Shown: positions 1-9,156, counted from the stretch's first letter. The stretch: 56,837 bases of DNA from Actinomycetota bacterium (GCA_013297645.1 JAAFHU010000001.1:6990-63826); one strand, 5' to 3'. Translations and numbers: made by a program. Notes: a model not told the origin generated them from the letters alone.

Positions 1-49
1 CAACCATGCATCCAGCCTATCCGCGCGCTTCCCTGTTAGTTTCGAGACC

Positions 50-784
50 GTGAGACCGGCCATTCTGCTCCTTGCCGCGGCACTGCTCGCGGGCTGCACC
101 AGCACTCCCCCAGCCCCCCTGCCGATGGTGACCAGCCCCGAACCGACGGCAGCGGTCATCGATCCCACCCTCGATGCCGACACGCTGTTCGTCATCACGG
201 CGACGACCACGGCCGCCGACGGGTCGGCTGTCGACCTCGTGATGACCGGGCACGCGAGCCAGCCCTTCGATGCCCGTCCCGACCTCGCCGCCGCCTATGT
301 CGAGCAGTGCGCTGCCCTCGGCGGAGGCGTGGTGCTCGACCGCGAGGGCGGCCTCGACGACGACACGCTGCGCGATGTCGGCAGCTCTCTGATGGTCATC
401 GACACCCTCAGCACGCCCGCCGCCACGACCCTCAGCGGCGGTGTCGACCTGCTGCTCGGCAATGCCTTCTACACGGTGGTCGCCTCGGGCGACGGCCTCG
501 GCAACCCCTACCAGGACGGCTGCAACGCCGGCTACCAGGTGACCAGCACCGGCGCGGTCCGCTCCATTACCAACTATGAGACGGGATCGCCCGCCCCCGA
601 CCTCGCGCAGTGGCGCAGCGGCCGCTACGGCTTCAGCATCGCCTTCGACTCGACGGCGGTGATCAGCGAGTGCACCGTGGTGCTGACGCCGCTCGCGATC
701 GAGGCGGACGTGTCAGAGATCGATGGCTGGTATCCCGATGGCGGCAGCGAGCACGAGTGCGCGATCGGCTACCGCGGGGCTTAG
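50..784 (+). CDS. Hypothetical lipoprotein
   Basis: 244-aa ORF with signal peptide and lipobox (LLAAALLAGC), Pro/Thr linker, Cys-containing extracellular domain; TAGTTT -10-like hexamer 7 nt before the GTG. Confidence 0.75.
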   Translation: MRPAILLLAAALLAGCTSTPPAPLPMVTSPEPTAAVIDPTLDADTLFVITATTTAADGSAVDLVMTGHASQPFDARPDLAAAYVEQCAALGGGVVLDREGGLDDDTLRDVGSSLMVIDTLSTPAATTLSGGVDLLLGNAFYTVVASGDGLGNPYQDGCNAGYQVTSTGAVRSITNYETGSPAPDLAQWRSGRYGFSIAFDSTAVISECTVVLTPLAIEADVSEIDGWYPDGGSEHECAIGYRGA

Positions 785-787
785 ACC

Positions 788-1228
788 TCAGGGAGTGACC
801 GCCCGAACGTCCCCCGCAGTGATCCGCACGAGCTCGTCGAAGCTCAGCGGGAAGACCGTGTGCGCGTGGCCGGCCGCGGCCCAGAGTTCGGGGTAGTCGG
901 CGAGCTGCGCGTCGACGATAGTGCGCAGGGGGGCCGGGTGACCGATCGGGGCCACCCCGCCGATGGTTGCGCGCTGGAGCTTGGAGCGAATGCGCTTTCG
1001 CGCATTCGCCGCGACGCCAGCGCCGTCGACGCTCTGCGTCGGCGGTCACCCGCGAGATCGGTCGAGCGTGAAGACGAGCGAGTTCGCGATCGCGCCCACG
1101 TCGACTCCGAGGGCGGCCGCGGCAGCGACGGCGGTCGGGGCGCTGTCATCGAGCCAGCGGACTTCGCCGCCCACTCCGGCCGCGCGCAGCTGGGTCTCGA
1201 CAAGCTCGACCCCCGGGTGGCTAGGCAA
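788..1228 (-). pseudogene. YbaK/EbsC-family aminoacyl-tRNA deacylase, interrupted
   Basis: N-terminus (PTAVAAAAALGVDVGAIANSLVF) and C-terminus (TIGGVAPIGHP...WAAAGH..TVFPL) are in one frame, but 968-1060 is non-homologous and carries an in-frame TGA at 1046-1048. Confidence 0.8.
969..1046. repeat. 78-nt structured repeat element, copy A
   Basis: 62/78 nt identical to 29191-29268 without gaps; outer stem GCGCTGG/CCAGCGC, 10-bp hairpin with TTTC loop (GAAA on minus strand), second 10-bp hairpin. Confidence 0.85.
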
Positions 1229-2099
1229 GGCGCTCGGCGGCCAACACGACGTTGTTGAGCAGCATCGCGCGGGTCATCGGTCCGACGCCGCCGGGGTTCG
1301 GGGAGAGCCAGCCGGCCACCTCGGCGACGCCCGGGTGGATGTCGCCGTGCAACCGCGCCTTGCCGCTCTCGGTCGTGCCGACCCGGGTCACACCCACGTC
1401 GAGCACGGCCGCGCCGGGCTTGACCCACTCGGGCAGCACGAGGTGCGGCACGCCGACGGCCGCCACGACGATGTCGGCGCGGCGCACCTCCTCGGCGAGG
1501 TCGCGGGTGCGGGAGTGCGTCAGCGTCACCGTCGCGTCGACGCCCTTGCGAGTGAGCATGAGGCCGAGCGAGCGGCCCACCGTCAGACCGCGGCCGATGA
1601 CGACGACGTGCTGGCCGGCGATCGGCACGTCGTAACGCCGCAGCAGCTCGATGACACCGGCCGGGGTGCAGGGCAGCGGGGTCGAGAGCTCACCGTCCAC
1701 GCCGAGCACCAGCTCGCCGAGGTTGGCGGGGTGCAGGCCGTCGACGTCTTTGGCGGGGCTCACGGCCGAGATGGCGGCGTGCTCGTCCATGCCCTTCGGC
1801 AGCGGCAGCTGCACGAGGTAGCCGGTGACGGCCGGATCAGCGTTGAGCAGCGCGATCGCGTCGTGCACCTCCTGCTCGCTGGCGTCGGCCGGCAGGTCGA
1901 CGCGGATCGACTCGATGCCCACCTCGGCGCTGTCGCGGTGCTTGCCGCCGACATAGCTGAGCGAGCCGGGGTCGGCGCCGACGAGCAGGGTGCCGAGGCC
2001 GGGCGTGATGCCGCGCGCCTTGAGCGCGCTGATGCGCTCGGCCAGCTCCCCCTTGATCGTGGATGCGGTCGCGACGCCGTCGAGGCGGATTGCGGTCAT
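1221..2099 (-). CDS. folD: Bifunctional methylenetetrahydrofolate dehydrogenase/cyclohydrolase
   Basis: Motifs [33 protein letters not shown]. Confidence 0.97.
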   Translation of the reverse strand: MTAIRLDGVATASTIKGELAERISALKARGITPGLGTLLVGADPGSLSYVGGKHRDSAEVGIESIRVDLPADASEQEVHDAIALLNADPAVTGYLVQLPLPKGMDEHAAISAVSPAKDVDGLHPANLGELVLGVDGELSTPLPCTPAGVIELLRRYDVPIAGQHVVVIGRGLTVGRSLGLMLTRKGVDATVTLTHSRTRDLAEEVRRADIVVAAVGVPHLVLPEWVKPGAAVLDVGVTRVGTTESGKARLHGDIHPGVAEVAGWLSPNPGGVGPMTRAMLLNNVVLAAERLA

Positions 2100-2108
2100 G
2101 GTGATCTC

Positions 2109-2188
2109 CGTTGGGTGAGAAGCGCGAAGCGCGTATCGAAACCGGTCAGCTGGTTTCGATACGCCGCTTCGCGGCTACTCAACCAGCG
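2109..2188. repeat. Inverted pair of REP-like palindromes between glyA and folD
   Basis: GCGTATCGAAACC...GGTTTCGATACGC inverted arms, each unit with a GCGAAGC/GCTTCGC mini-hairpin. Confidence 0.75.
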
Positions 2189-2194
2189 AGTGGA

Positions 2195-3478
2195 CTAGGC
2201 CCAGGAACCCGGCGACGTCAGGCCCTCGTAGAGCGGGAAGTCGTCGGCGAGCTTGCGCACGCGGCCGGCGAGCGCCTCGACATCGGGCGCGGGCTTGAGG
2301 GCCGTCGCGATGATGTCGGCGACCTCGGTGAACTCGGTGTCGCCGAAACCGCGGGTCGCGAGCGCCGGGGTGCCGATGCGCACGCCCGAGGGGGTCATCG
2401 GCGGGCGGGGGTCGAAGGGCACCGCGTTGCGGTTGACGGTGATGCCGACCGAGTGCAGGATGTCCTCCGCCTCCTGGCCGTGGATCGCCGCGTTGCGCAG
2501 GTCGACGAGCACGAGGTGCACGTCGGTGCCGCCGGTGAGCACGTCGATGCCGGCCTCTTTCGCATCCGGTGCGGTGAGGCGCTCGGCGAGGATCTGCGCG
2601 CCGCTGATGACGCGCTGCTGGCGTTCCTTGAACTCGGGCTCGGCGGCGAGCTTGAATGCCGTCGCCTTCGCGGCGATCACGTGCATGAGGGGTCCGCCCT
2701 GGTGCCCGGGGAAGACGTTCGAGTTGAGCTTCTTCTGCAGCTCGAGGTCGTTGGTGAGGATGAAGCCCGAGCGCGGTCCGCCGATTGTCTTGTGCACGGT
2801 GGACGAGGTGACATCCGCGTAGGGAACGGGCGACGGGTGCAGTCCGGCTGCCACCAGGCCGGCGAAGTGCGCCATGTCGACCCAGAGCTTGGCGCCGACC
2901 TCGTCGGCAATCGCCCTGAAGGCCGCGAAGTCGAGCTGGCGGGGATACGCCGACCAACCGGCGATCAGCACGTCGGGGCGCACCTCGAGGGCCTTCTCGC
3001 GAATGACGTCCATGTCGATGAGCGAGGTCTTCTCGTCGACCTGGTAGGCGTGGGCGTCGTAGAGCTTGCCAGAGAAGTTGAGCTTCATGCCGTGGGTGAG
3101 GTGGCCGCCGTGCGCGAGGTCCAATCCGAGGATCTTGTCGCCCGGCTGCGCGATCGCGCTGAGCACGGCGGCGTTGGCCGAGGCGCCGGAGTGCGGCTGC
3201 ACGTTCGCGTAGGCCGCGCCGAACAGGCTCTTCGCCCGAGAGATGGCGAGCGTCTCTGCGACGTCGACGAACTCGCAGCCGCCGTAGTAGCGACGGCCCG
3301 GGTAGCCCTCGGCGTACTTGTTGGTGAGCACCGAGCCCTGGGCCTCGAGCACCGCCCGCGGAACGAAGTTCTCGCTAGCGATCATCTCGAGGGTGTTGCG
3401 CTGACGGCCGAGCTCCTGCTCGAGCACGGCGGCGATCTCGGGGTCGACCTCGGAAAGGGGCGAGTTGAACTGGTTCAC
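2195..3478 (-). CDS. glyA: Serine hydroxymethyltransferase
   Basis: [29 protein letters not shown] (PLP lysine); GTG start at 3478 with GGAG RBS. Confidence 0.97.
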   Translation of the reverse strand: MNQFNSPLSEVDPEIAAVLEQELGRQRNTLEMIASENFVPRAVLEAQGSVLTNKYAEGYPGRRYYGGCEFVDVAETLAISRAKSLFGAAYANVQPHSGASANAAVLSAIAQPGDKILGLDLAHGGHLTHGMKLNFSGKLYDAHAYQVDEKTSLIDMDVIREKALEVRPDVLIAGWSAYPRQLDFAAFRAIADEVGAKLWVDMAHFAGLVAAGLHPSPVPYADVTSSTVHKTIGGPRSGFILTNDLELQKKLNSNVFPGHQGGPLMHVIAAKATAFKLAAEPEFKERQQRVISGAQILAERLTAPDAKEAGIDVLTGGTDVHLVLVDLRNAAIHGQEAEDILHSVGITVNRNAVPFDPRPPMTPSGVRIGTPALATRGFGDTEFTEVADIIATALKPAPDVEALAGRVRKLADDFPLYEGLTSPGSWA

Positions 3479-3523
3479 ACGGGGCTCCTGGCTGCTCGAA
3501 CGGATCAATCTAAAGGTATCCGT

Positions 3524-3600
3524 TCGGCCCAGGCGTACGGCCGAAAACGTGTGGATCGCTCCCTGATGGTTACCCATCCAACGCCAGTCGCGATGGGTCC
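3524..3600 (-). ncRNA. ZMP/ZTP riboswitch (pfl motif)
   Basis: Minus strand reads TCGCGACTGGCG-TTGGATGGGTAACCATC-AGGGAGCGA...CCGTACGCCTGGGC, matching the pfl consensus including the pseudoknot 3' hairpin; sits upstream of glyA-folD. Confidence 0.9.
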
Positions 3601-3642
3601 AGTGTAGCGCGGCCGATACCCGGGGTGGAAGAATGGGACTAA

Positions 3643-3664
3643 TTAGTTAGGAGTCCTGACAAAC
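3643..3664. promoter_or_regulatory. Candidate ROK-repressor operator upstream of the GH20 gene
   Basis: TTAGTTAGGAGTCCTGACAAAC matches 15/22 to each of two sites upstream of the ROK regulator (17278, 17315). Confidence 0.45.
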
Positions 3665-5026
3665 ATGACTGGCATCATCCCCCGTCCCGTCTCGCAGGTC
3701 GACGGCGAGGGCACCGTGGCGCTCACGACGGCGAGCGGCCCGCTGAGCGGGCTGCTGGGGCTGCCCTCCGGCGATGGCGTCGTCTTGTCCCTCGGCGGCG
3801 GCCAGCGGCCGGGCGGCTACACCCTGGCCGTCAGTGCCGAGGCGGTCACGCTGGAAGCGGCGGATGAGGCCGGGCTCTTCCACGGCATCCAGACGATAAA
3901 GCAGTTGACCCGCGACCACGCCCTGCCCGTCACCCGCATCGACGACTACCCGCGCTTCGACTACCGCGGCGCGATGCTCGACGTAGCGCGCCACTTCTTG
4001 CCGGTCGAGAGCGTCACGAAGTACATCGACGACATCGCCCTGCTCAAGCTCAACCACCTGCACCTGCACCTCACCGACGACCAGGGGTGGCGCCTCGCAA
4101 TCGACGGCTGGCCGAAGCTCACCGAGATCGGGGCCTCGACCCAGGTGGGCGGTGGAGGAGGCGGCTTCTACACCCAGGCGGACTACGCCGAGATCGTCGC
4201 CTACGCCGCCGAGCGCTTCGTCACGATCGTGCCCGAGATCGACATGCCCGGCCACACGAACGCCGCGATCAGCGCCTACCCCGAGCTCGGCGCTGGGCCC
4301 GTCGAGCCCTACGAGGGCATCGAGGTGGGGTTCAGCTCGTTGGCGATCCGCAGCGAGGCGACCTACGCATTCATCGACGATGTCGTTCGCCAGCTGGCCG
4401 CGATCACACCCGGCCCCTACCTGCACCTCGGCGGCGACGAGTCGCTCGCGACGACCGACGACGACTTTCTCTATTTCATCGAGCGCGCGACCGGCATCGC
4501 CGCCCGCTACGGCAAGACGATCGTCGGCTGGCACGAGATCGGCCGCAGCACGGCCCTGCCCGCCGGAACAGTCGGACAGTACTGGAACTTCACGACACCC
4601 GAGGAGTCCCACGGCGAGCACACCCTCTCGTTCGTCGCCCAGGGCGGCTCAGTGATCATGTCGCCCGCCGACGTCGCCTACCTCGACATGCAGTACCCGC
4701 ACACAGGTGAGTTCGGCCTGGTCTGGGCCCAGGGGCCGACGAGCGTGCGCGACGCCTACGAGTGGGACCCGGCAGAGGTCATCGACGGGGTCGGCGACGA
4801 GCAGCTGCTCGGCGTCGAGGCACCCCTCTGGACGGAGACGCTCAGCACCATCGAGGAGGTCGAGTTCATGGCCTTCCCGCGCATTGTCGCGATCGCCGAG
4901 AAGGCCTGGTCACCGGCCGGCGGCAGCTACGAGGACTTCACCGCGCGGCTCGCCGTCTTCGGCCAGCTGCTCGACGCACTCGAGGTGAACTACTACCGAA
5001 CCGCCGAGGTGTCCTGGATCCGGTGA
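3665..5026 (+). CDS. Beta-N-acetylhexosaminidase (GH20)
   Basis: DYPRFDYRGAMLDVARHF, HLTDDQGWR, PEIDMPGH, catalytic HLGGDE, PLWTE. Confidence 0.93.
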   Translation: MTGIIPRPVSQVDGEGTVALTTASGPLSGLLGLPSGDGVVLSLGGGQRPGGYTLAVSAEAVTLEAADEAGLFHGIQTIKQLTRDHALPVTRIDDYPRFDYRGAMLDVARHFLPVESVTKYIDDIALLKLNHLHLHLTDDQGWRLAIDGWPKLTEIGASTQVGGGGGGFYTQADYAEIVAYAAERFVTIVPEIDMPGHTNAAISAYPELGAGPVEPYEGIEVGFSSLAIRSEATYAFIDDVVRQLAAITPGPYLHLGGDESLATTDDDFLYFIERATGIAARYGKTIVGWHEIGRSTALPAGTVGQYWNFTTPEESHGEHTLSFVAQGGSVIMSPADVAYLDMQYPHTGEFGLVWAQGPTSVRDAYEWDPAEVIDGVGDEQLLGVEAPLWTETLSTIEEVEFMAFPRIVAIAEKAWSPAGGSYEDFTARLAVFGQLLDALEVNYYRTAEVSWIR

Positions 5027-6198
5027 CGGCGGCGGTGGTTGAGGTCGTCGACCGTGCCGACGATGAGCGCGACGACGATGAAGGCGGCGTAGGCGAGCGG
5101 CAGCACTGCGACCCCGAAGGCGTCGAGCAGGATTCCGCCGAGCAGCGCCCCGCCACCGATGGCCAGGTTGAACGAGACGGTGAGCGAGGCCGAGGCGAGG
5201 TCGCGGATGCGCGGGCTGGCGACCCCGAGCACCCGGCCGTGCAGCAGCGAGGGCAGCCCGCCGAAGGCCATGCCGTAGATGGCGAGCAGGGCGATGACGG
5301 CAACAGGCGAGTCGCTGAAGAGATAGAGGCAGATCATCGCGATGCCGACGATGCCGATGAGCAGCGCGAAGGTGCCGCGGGGGTACTTGTCGCCGAAGTA
5401 GCCGGAGACGAAGAGGCCGACTGCACCGGCTGCGCCGCCGATGAAGAGCAGGGGGCCGACGGCGCTCGCGTCGAAGCCGGCCGGGCCGATCATCCACGGG
5501 GCAATGTAGGTGTTGAAGGAGTTCTGTCCGAGCATGATGATGATGCAGAGGATGCAGGCGGCGATGATCGCCGGGATGGTCTTGTCCTTGTAGCCGGGCA
5601 GCCCGATCTCGCCGGTCGTCAGGGTGTGCTTGTGCTCCACTGGCGGCAGGAAGAGCGCGACGAGCGCGGTGAAGACCAGAACGACGCCGGCCATGACGAA
5701 GAAGGCGACCTGCCAGCCGAGCGCATGCCCGAGCGCGGTGCCGAGCGGCACACCGAGGATGAAGGCCGCGGTGCCGCCGGCATTGGTGATGCTCAGGGCG
5801 CGAACGAGCTGCTTGCGGCTGACCAGGCGCGAGGCGTACGGACCGGTGACCGCCCAGAACAGGCCGTGGGCGAGGCCGCCGAGGATGCGCGCGAAGACGA
5901 GGAACTCGTAGGTCTGCGACAGCCCGGCAAGCACGTTCGCGACGGCGAAGACGAGCAGCAGCGTGACCATGAGGCCCTTGCGCGAGAAGCGCTGGGTGAG
6001 CCGGGTGAGCGGGATGGTCGTGACCGCGACGGTGAAGGCGAAGATCGTGACGAGCAGACCGACGCGCGACTCCGAGACCCGCAGCGTCTCGGACATGTCG
6101 GGCAGCAGTCCGGTCGGCAGGAACTCGCTCGAGACGGAGACGAAGATGGCGCCGGAGATGACCAGCAGGCTGAACAGGGGAAAGCGCGGCTGGGACAT
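4993..6198 (-). CDS. MFS transporter (DHA1/NepI-PbuE-like)
   Basis: About 12 hydrophobic segments; SEFLPTGLLP, ARILGGLAHGLFW, GVPLGT motifs. Confidence 0.9.
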   Translation of the reverse strand: MSQPRFPLFSLLVISGAIFVSVSSEFLPTGLLPDMSETLRVSESRVGLLVTIFAFTVAVTTIPLTRLTQRFSRKGLMVTLLLVFAVANVLAGLSQTYEFLVFARILGGLAHGLFWAVTGPYASRLVSRKQLVRALSITNAGGTAAFILGVPLGTALGHALGWQVAFFVMAGVVLVFTALVALFLPPVEHKHTLTTGEIGLPGYKDKTIPAIIAACILCIIIMLGQNSFNTYIAPWMIGPAGFDASAVGPLLFIGGAAGAVGLFVSGYFGDKYPRGTFALLIGIVGIAMICLYLFSDSPVAVIALLAIYGMAFGGLPSLLHGRVLGVASPRIRDLASASLTVSFNLAIGGGALLGGILLDAFGVAVLPLAYAAFIVVALIVGTVDDLNHRRRHRIQDTSAVR

Positions 6199-6243
6199 TT
6201 ACCCAATCGTACCGTCGACCGCCGAGGCAATAGCCTTGACCCT

Positions 6244-7095
6244 GTGACCTCGACCCACTGGATCCTCACCCTCGTCTGCGAAGACCGCCCCGGCATCGTG
6301 CACGCGATCAGCGGCGCCATCGTCGAGGCCGAGGGCAACATCACCGAGTCGCAGCAGTTCTCGAGCGACGATACCGGCACCTTCTTCATGCGCCTGCAGG
6401 TGGAGTCCACCATCGCGCGCGACGCCTTCGAAGCCGCCCTCGCCCCCATTACGCATAAGTACGGGATGACGTGGCAGCTCGACGTGGTCGGCCGGCCCCT
6501 GCGCACCCTCGTGCTCGTCTCGAAGGCCGGCCACTGCCTCAACGACCTGCTCTACCGCCGCAACGCCGGGCAGCTGCCGGTGGACATCCCGCTCGTCATG
6601 AGCAACCACTCCGAGCTGGCCAGCACGGCCCAGTTCTACGGCGTGCCCTTCGAGCACCACCCGGTGACCAGCCCGGGCCAGAAACTCGCCTTCGAGGACC
6701 GCGTGCTCGAGGTTGTCGAGCAGCACGACATCGAGCTCGTGGTGCTCGCGCGCTACATGCAGATTCTGTCGCCCGAGCTGTGCGGGGCGCTCGCGGGGCG
6801 GGCCATCAACATCCACCATTCTTTCCTGCCGGGATTCAAGGGCGCCAACCCCTACAAGCAGGCGCACGCGCGCGGGGTGAAGATCATCGGCGCCACGGCG
6901 CACTTCGTGACGAGCGACCTCGACGAGGGCCCGATCATCGAGCAGAACATCGTGCGGGTCGACCACTCGCGCAGCGCCTCCGAGCTGGTCGCCATCGGTC
7001 AGGACGAGGAGAGCCGCACCCTCACCCAGGCGGTCAAGTGGTTCGCGGAGTCCCGCGTGCTGCTCGACGGCGCACGAACGATCATCTTCAAGTGA
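6244..7095 (+). CDS. purU: Formyltetrahydrofolate deformylase
   Basis: ACT domain (CEDRPGIVHAI), VSKAGHCLNDLL, LARYMQ, INIHHSFLP, DEGPIIEQ; GTG start at 6244. Confidence 0.96.
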   Translation: MTSTHWILTLVCEDRPGIVHAISGAIVEAEGNITESQQFSSDDTGTFFMRLQVESTIARDAFEAALAPITHKYGMTWQLDVVGRPLRTLVLVSKAGHCLNDLLYRRNAGQLPVDIPLVMSNHSELASTAQFYGVPFEHHPVTSPGQKLAFEDRVLEVVEQHDIELVVLARYMQILSPELCGALAGRAINIHHSFLPGFKGANPYKQAHARGVKIIGATAHFVTSDLDEGPIIEQNIVRVDHSRSASELVAIGQDEESRTLTQAVKWFAESRVLLDGARTIIFK

Positions 7096-7445
7096 CCGAC
7101 GTGAAGATCGGACCCTTCGCGGTTCTCGGATTCGTACTCGAGCTCGCCGCCCTCACCGCCCTCGGCTACGCGGGGTTCTCGCAGTTCGCGCCGCCGTTGT
7201 CGGTTCTGGTCGGGCTCGGACTGCCCCTGCTCGCCATCGTGCTCTGGGGGCTGCTGCGCGCGCCGCGCCGCCCTATCGACTCGCCCTTCTGGGTGCGAAT
7301 CGCGGTCGAAGTGCTCGTCATGGGGGGCGCCGTCGCCGCTCTGGCCCTCTCTGGACTGCCGGTTCTGGCGGCGGCCTTCGCCGTGCTGGCGATCGTCGCG
7401 GGGGTCGTCAACGCCCGCGCCGAACTCCGAGCGGAGCGGGCATGA
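7092..7445 (+). CDS. YrdB/DUF2568-like small membrane protein
   Basis: 117 aa, four hydrophobic segments, FVLEL and LWGLLRAPR motifs; GTGA overlap with purU and ATGA overlap with nagA. Confidence 0.7.
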   Translation: MTDVKIGPFAVLGFVLELAALTALGYAGFSQFAPPLSVLVGLGLPLLAIVLWGLLRAPRRPIDSPFWVRIAVEVLVMGGAVAALALSGLPVLAAAFAVLAIVAGVVNARAELRAERA

Positions 7446-8566
7446 GCACCCTCTTCGAGCACGCGCGCAAACTCGACGCGTACGGCGAGGTCGACGACTT
7501 CTGGATGCTCGTCGAGGGCGACACCATCGCCGCGACCGGGCACGGCACGGCACCCGCAGCCGACGAGACCGTCGACGTCGACGGCCAGTGGCTCGTGCCC
7601 GGCTTCGTCGACCTGCATTGCCATGGTGCCGGCGGCTTCAGCTTCGAGGACGGCCCGGCGTCGATCGCCGCTGCACTCGCCGTGCACCGGCAGCACGGCA
7701 CCACCCGCTCGCTCGTCAGCCTGGTCGCGAACCCGCTGGGAGTTCTCAAAGACAGTCTTTCCGCGATCGCCGAGCTGGGCGACCCGCTCGTGCTCGGCGC
7801 CCACCTCGAGGGGCCCTTCCTCGAGGAGACGCACCGTGGGGCGCACAACCGCGACTACCTGCGCGAGCCCCTGCCGTCGGATGTCGCCGAGCTCTTGCGC
7901 GCTGCGCACGGAAGCCTGCGCCAGATCACCATCGCCCCCGACCTGCCCAACGCCCTCGAGGCGATCGAGGTGCTCGTCGAGGCAGGGGTGACCGTTGCCG
8001 TCGGCCACACGAATGCCACCTTTGAGCAGACCCAGCTCGCCTTCGCGAGCGGTGCGCGCCTGCTCACCCACGCGTTCAACGCGATGCCGGGCATCCACCA
8101 CCGGGCGCCGGGCCCGGTGGTCGCCGCGTTCGAAGACAAGCGGGTCATTATCGAGCTGATCCTCGACGGGCTGCACGTGCATCCCGACGTCGCGCGCCTC
8201 GCCTTCACGGCGGCGCCCGGGCGCATCGCGCTGGTGACGGATGCGATGGCCGCCGCGGGCAGCACCGATGGCGACTACCAGCTGGGGTCTCTCGCCGTCA
8301 CGGTCGCCAACGGCCGTGCCGTGCTGCGGGGCACGCAGACGATCGCCGGTTCCACGCTCACGCTCGACCACGCCCTGCGCCGGGCGATCACCGACGTCGG
8401 GCTCTCACCGCGCGACGCGGTCGAAGCCGTCACGCTCACCCCCGCGCGAGCCCTCGGGCTTGAGCACCGGCACGGGCTGCTCGCCGAGGGCTTCGCGGCC
8501 GACGCCGTTCTTCTCGACCACGCCTGGGCGGTCACGGGGGTCTGGGCTGCCGGCGAGAAGCTCTAG
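7442..8566 (+). CDS. nagA: N-acetylglucosamine-6-phosphate deacetylase
   Basis: PGFVDLHCHG, HLEGPF, THAFNAM, LVTDAM, IAGSTL. Confidence 0.95.
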   Translation: MSTLFEHARKLDAYGEVDDFWMLVEGDTIAATGHGTAPAADETVDVDGQWLVPGFVDLHCHGAGGFSFEDGPASIAAALAVHRQHGTTRSLVSLVANPLGVLKDSLSAIAELGDPLVLGAHLEGPFLEETHRGAHNRDYLREPLPSDVAELLRAAHGSLRQITIAPDLPNALEAIEVLVEAGVTVAVGHTNATFEQTQLAFASGARLLTHAFNAMPGIHHRAPGPVVAAFEDKRVIIELILDGLHVHPDVARLAFTAAPGRIALVTDAMAAAGSTDGDYQLGSLAVTVANGRAVLRGTQTIAGSTLTLDHALRRAITDVGLSPRDAVEAVTLTPARALGLEHRHGLLAEGFAADAVLLDHAWAVTGVWAAGEKL

Positions 8567-9111
8567 ACCGCGAGCGCCATAGCGAGCGCCGTGCGCGCGA
8601 GCTCTGGGTCCCTGACCGCCGTCAGCGAGCCGCTCGTGCCGGTGCCGAGCTGCTGCAGGCCGAGAACCATCGCCAGGCAGACCACGCCGCGGCGCTGCGC
8701 CTCCTGCGGGTCGAGGCCCAGCTCGACGAGCAGGCCGGCGATGTAGTCGATGCGGCGCTGCGAGACGCGCTCCACAGCGGCCATCACGCCCTCCTCCACC
8801 GCCTCGACGTACAGGGTGGCCTCGCCCTGTCGTCCGCGTGCGCGCGACGCGACCGCCTGGAACAGGGCGGCGAGGCGCTCGGCGGGCGGGCCGGACGCCT
8901 CGGCGACGTCGATAGCCTGCAGGGTCTCGCGCTCCTCCCAGCGCTCCATTACGGCGGCGATGAGCTCGGCGCGGCTGGAGAAGTGCCAGTAGAACGAGCC
9001 CTTGGTCGTGCCGAGCGCCGCCGCGAGGGGCTCCACCCGCACGGCAGCGAGGCCGTGTTCGGCGAAGCGCTCGTAGGCCGCCTCCACCCATTCGTCCCTG
9101 CCTGTTGCCAT
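8563..9111 (-). CDS. TetR-family transcriptional regulator
   Basis: HTH signature VRVEPLAAALGTTKGSFYWHF. Confidence 0.9.
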   Translation of the reverse strand: MATGRDEWVEAAYERFAEHGLAAVRVEPLAAALGTTKGSFYWHFSSRAELIAAVMERWEERETLQAIDVAEASGPPAERLAALFQAVASRARGRQGEATLYVEAVEEGVMAAVERVSQRRIDYIAGLLVELGLDPQEAQRRGVVCLAMVLGLQQLGTGTSGSLTAVRDPELARTALAMALAV

Positions 9112-9113
9112 AA

Positions 9114-9156
9114 CCATACGGTACCGTATAGTGTCGCACCATACGCAACCGTATGG
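9114..9156. promoter_or_regulatory. Two TetR-type operator palindromes
   Basis: CCATACG-GTAC-CGTATAG (9114-9131) and CCATACG-CAAC-CGTATGG (9139-9156) between the divergent TetR and DUF2867 genes. Confidence 0.8.

Noticed and set aside
1046-1048. Selenocysteine or readthrough of the in-frame TGA in ybaK, with the downstream hairpin as a SECIS
   Set aside because: The TGA and hairpins belong to a foreign segment repeated in an intergenic site, and the surrounding codons are not YbaK-like.
3479-3577. 33-aa N-terminal extension of GlyA in the ORF track
   Set aside because: It overlaps the ZTP riboswitch; the GTG at 3478 has an RBS and matches where homology begins.
4762-6243. Apparent 777-aa PurU fusion
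   Set aside because: The upstream part is the antisense shadow of the MFS gene; PurU begins at 6244.
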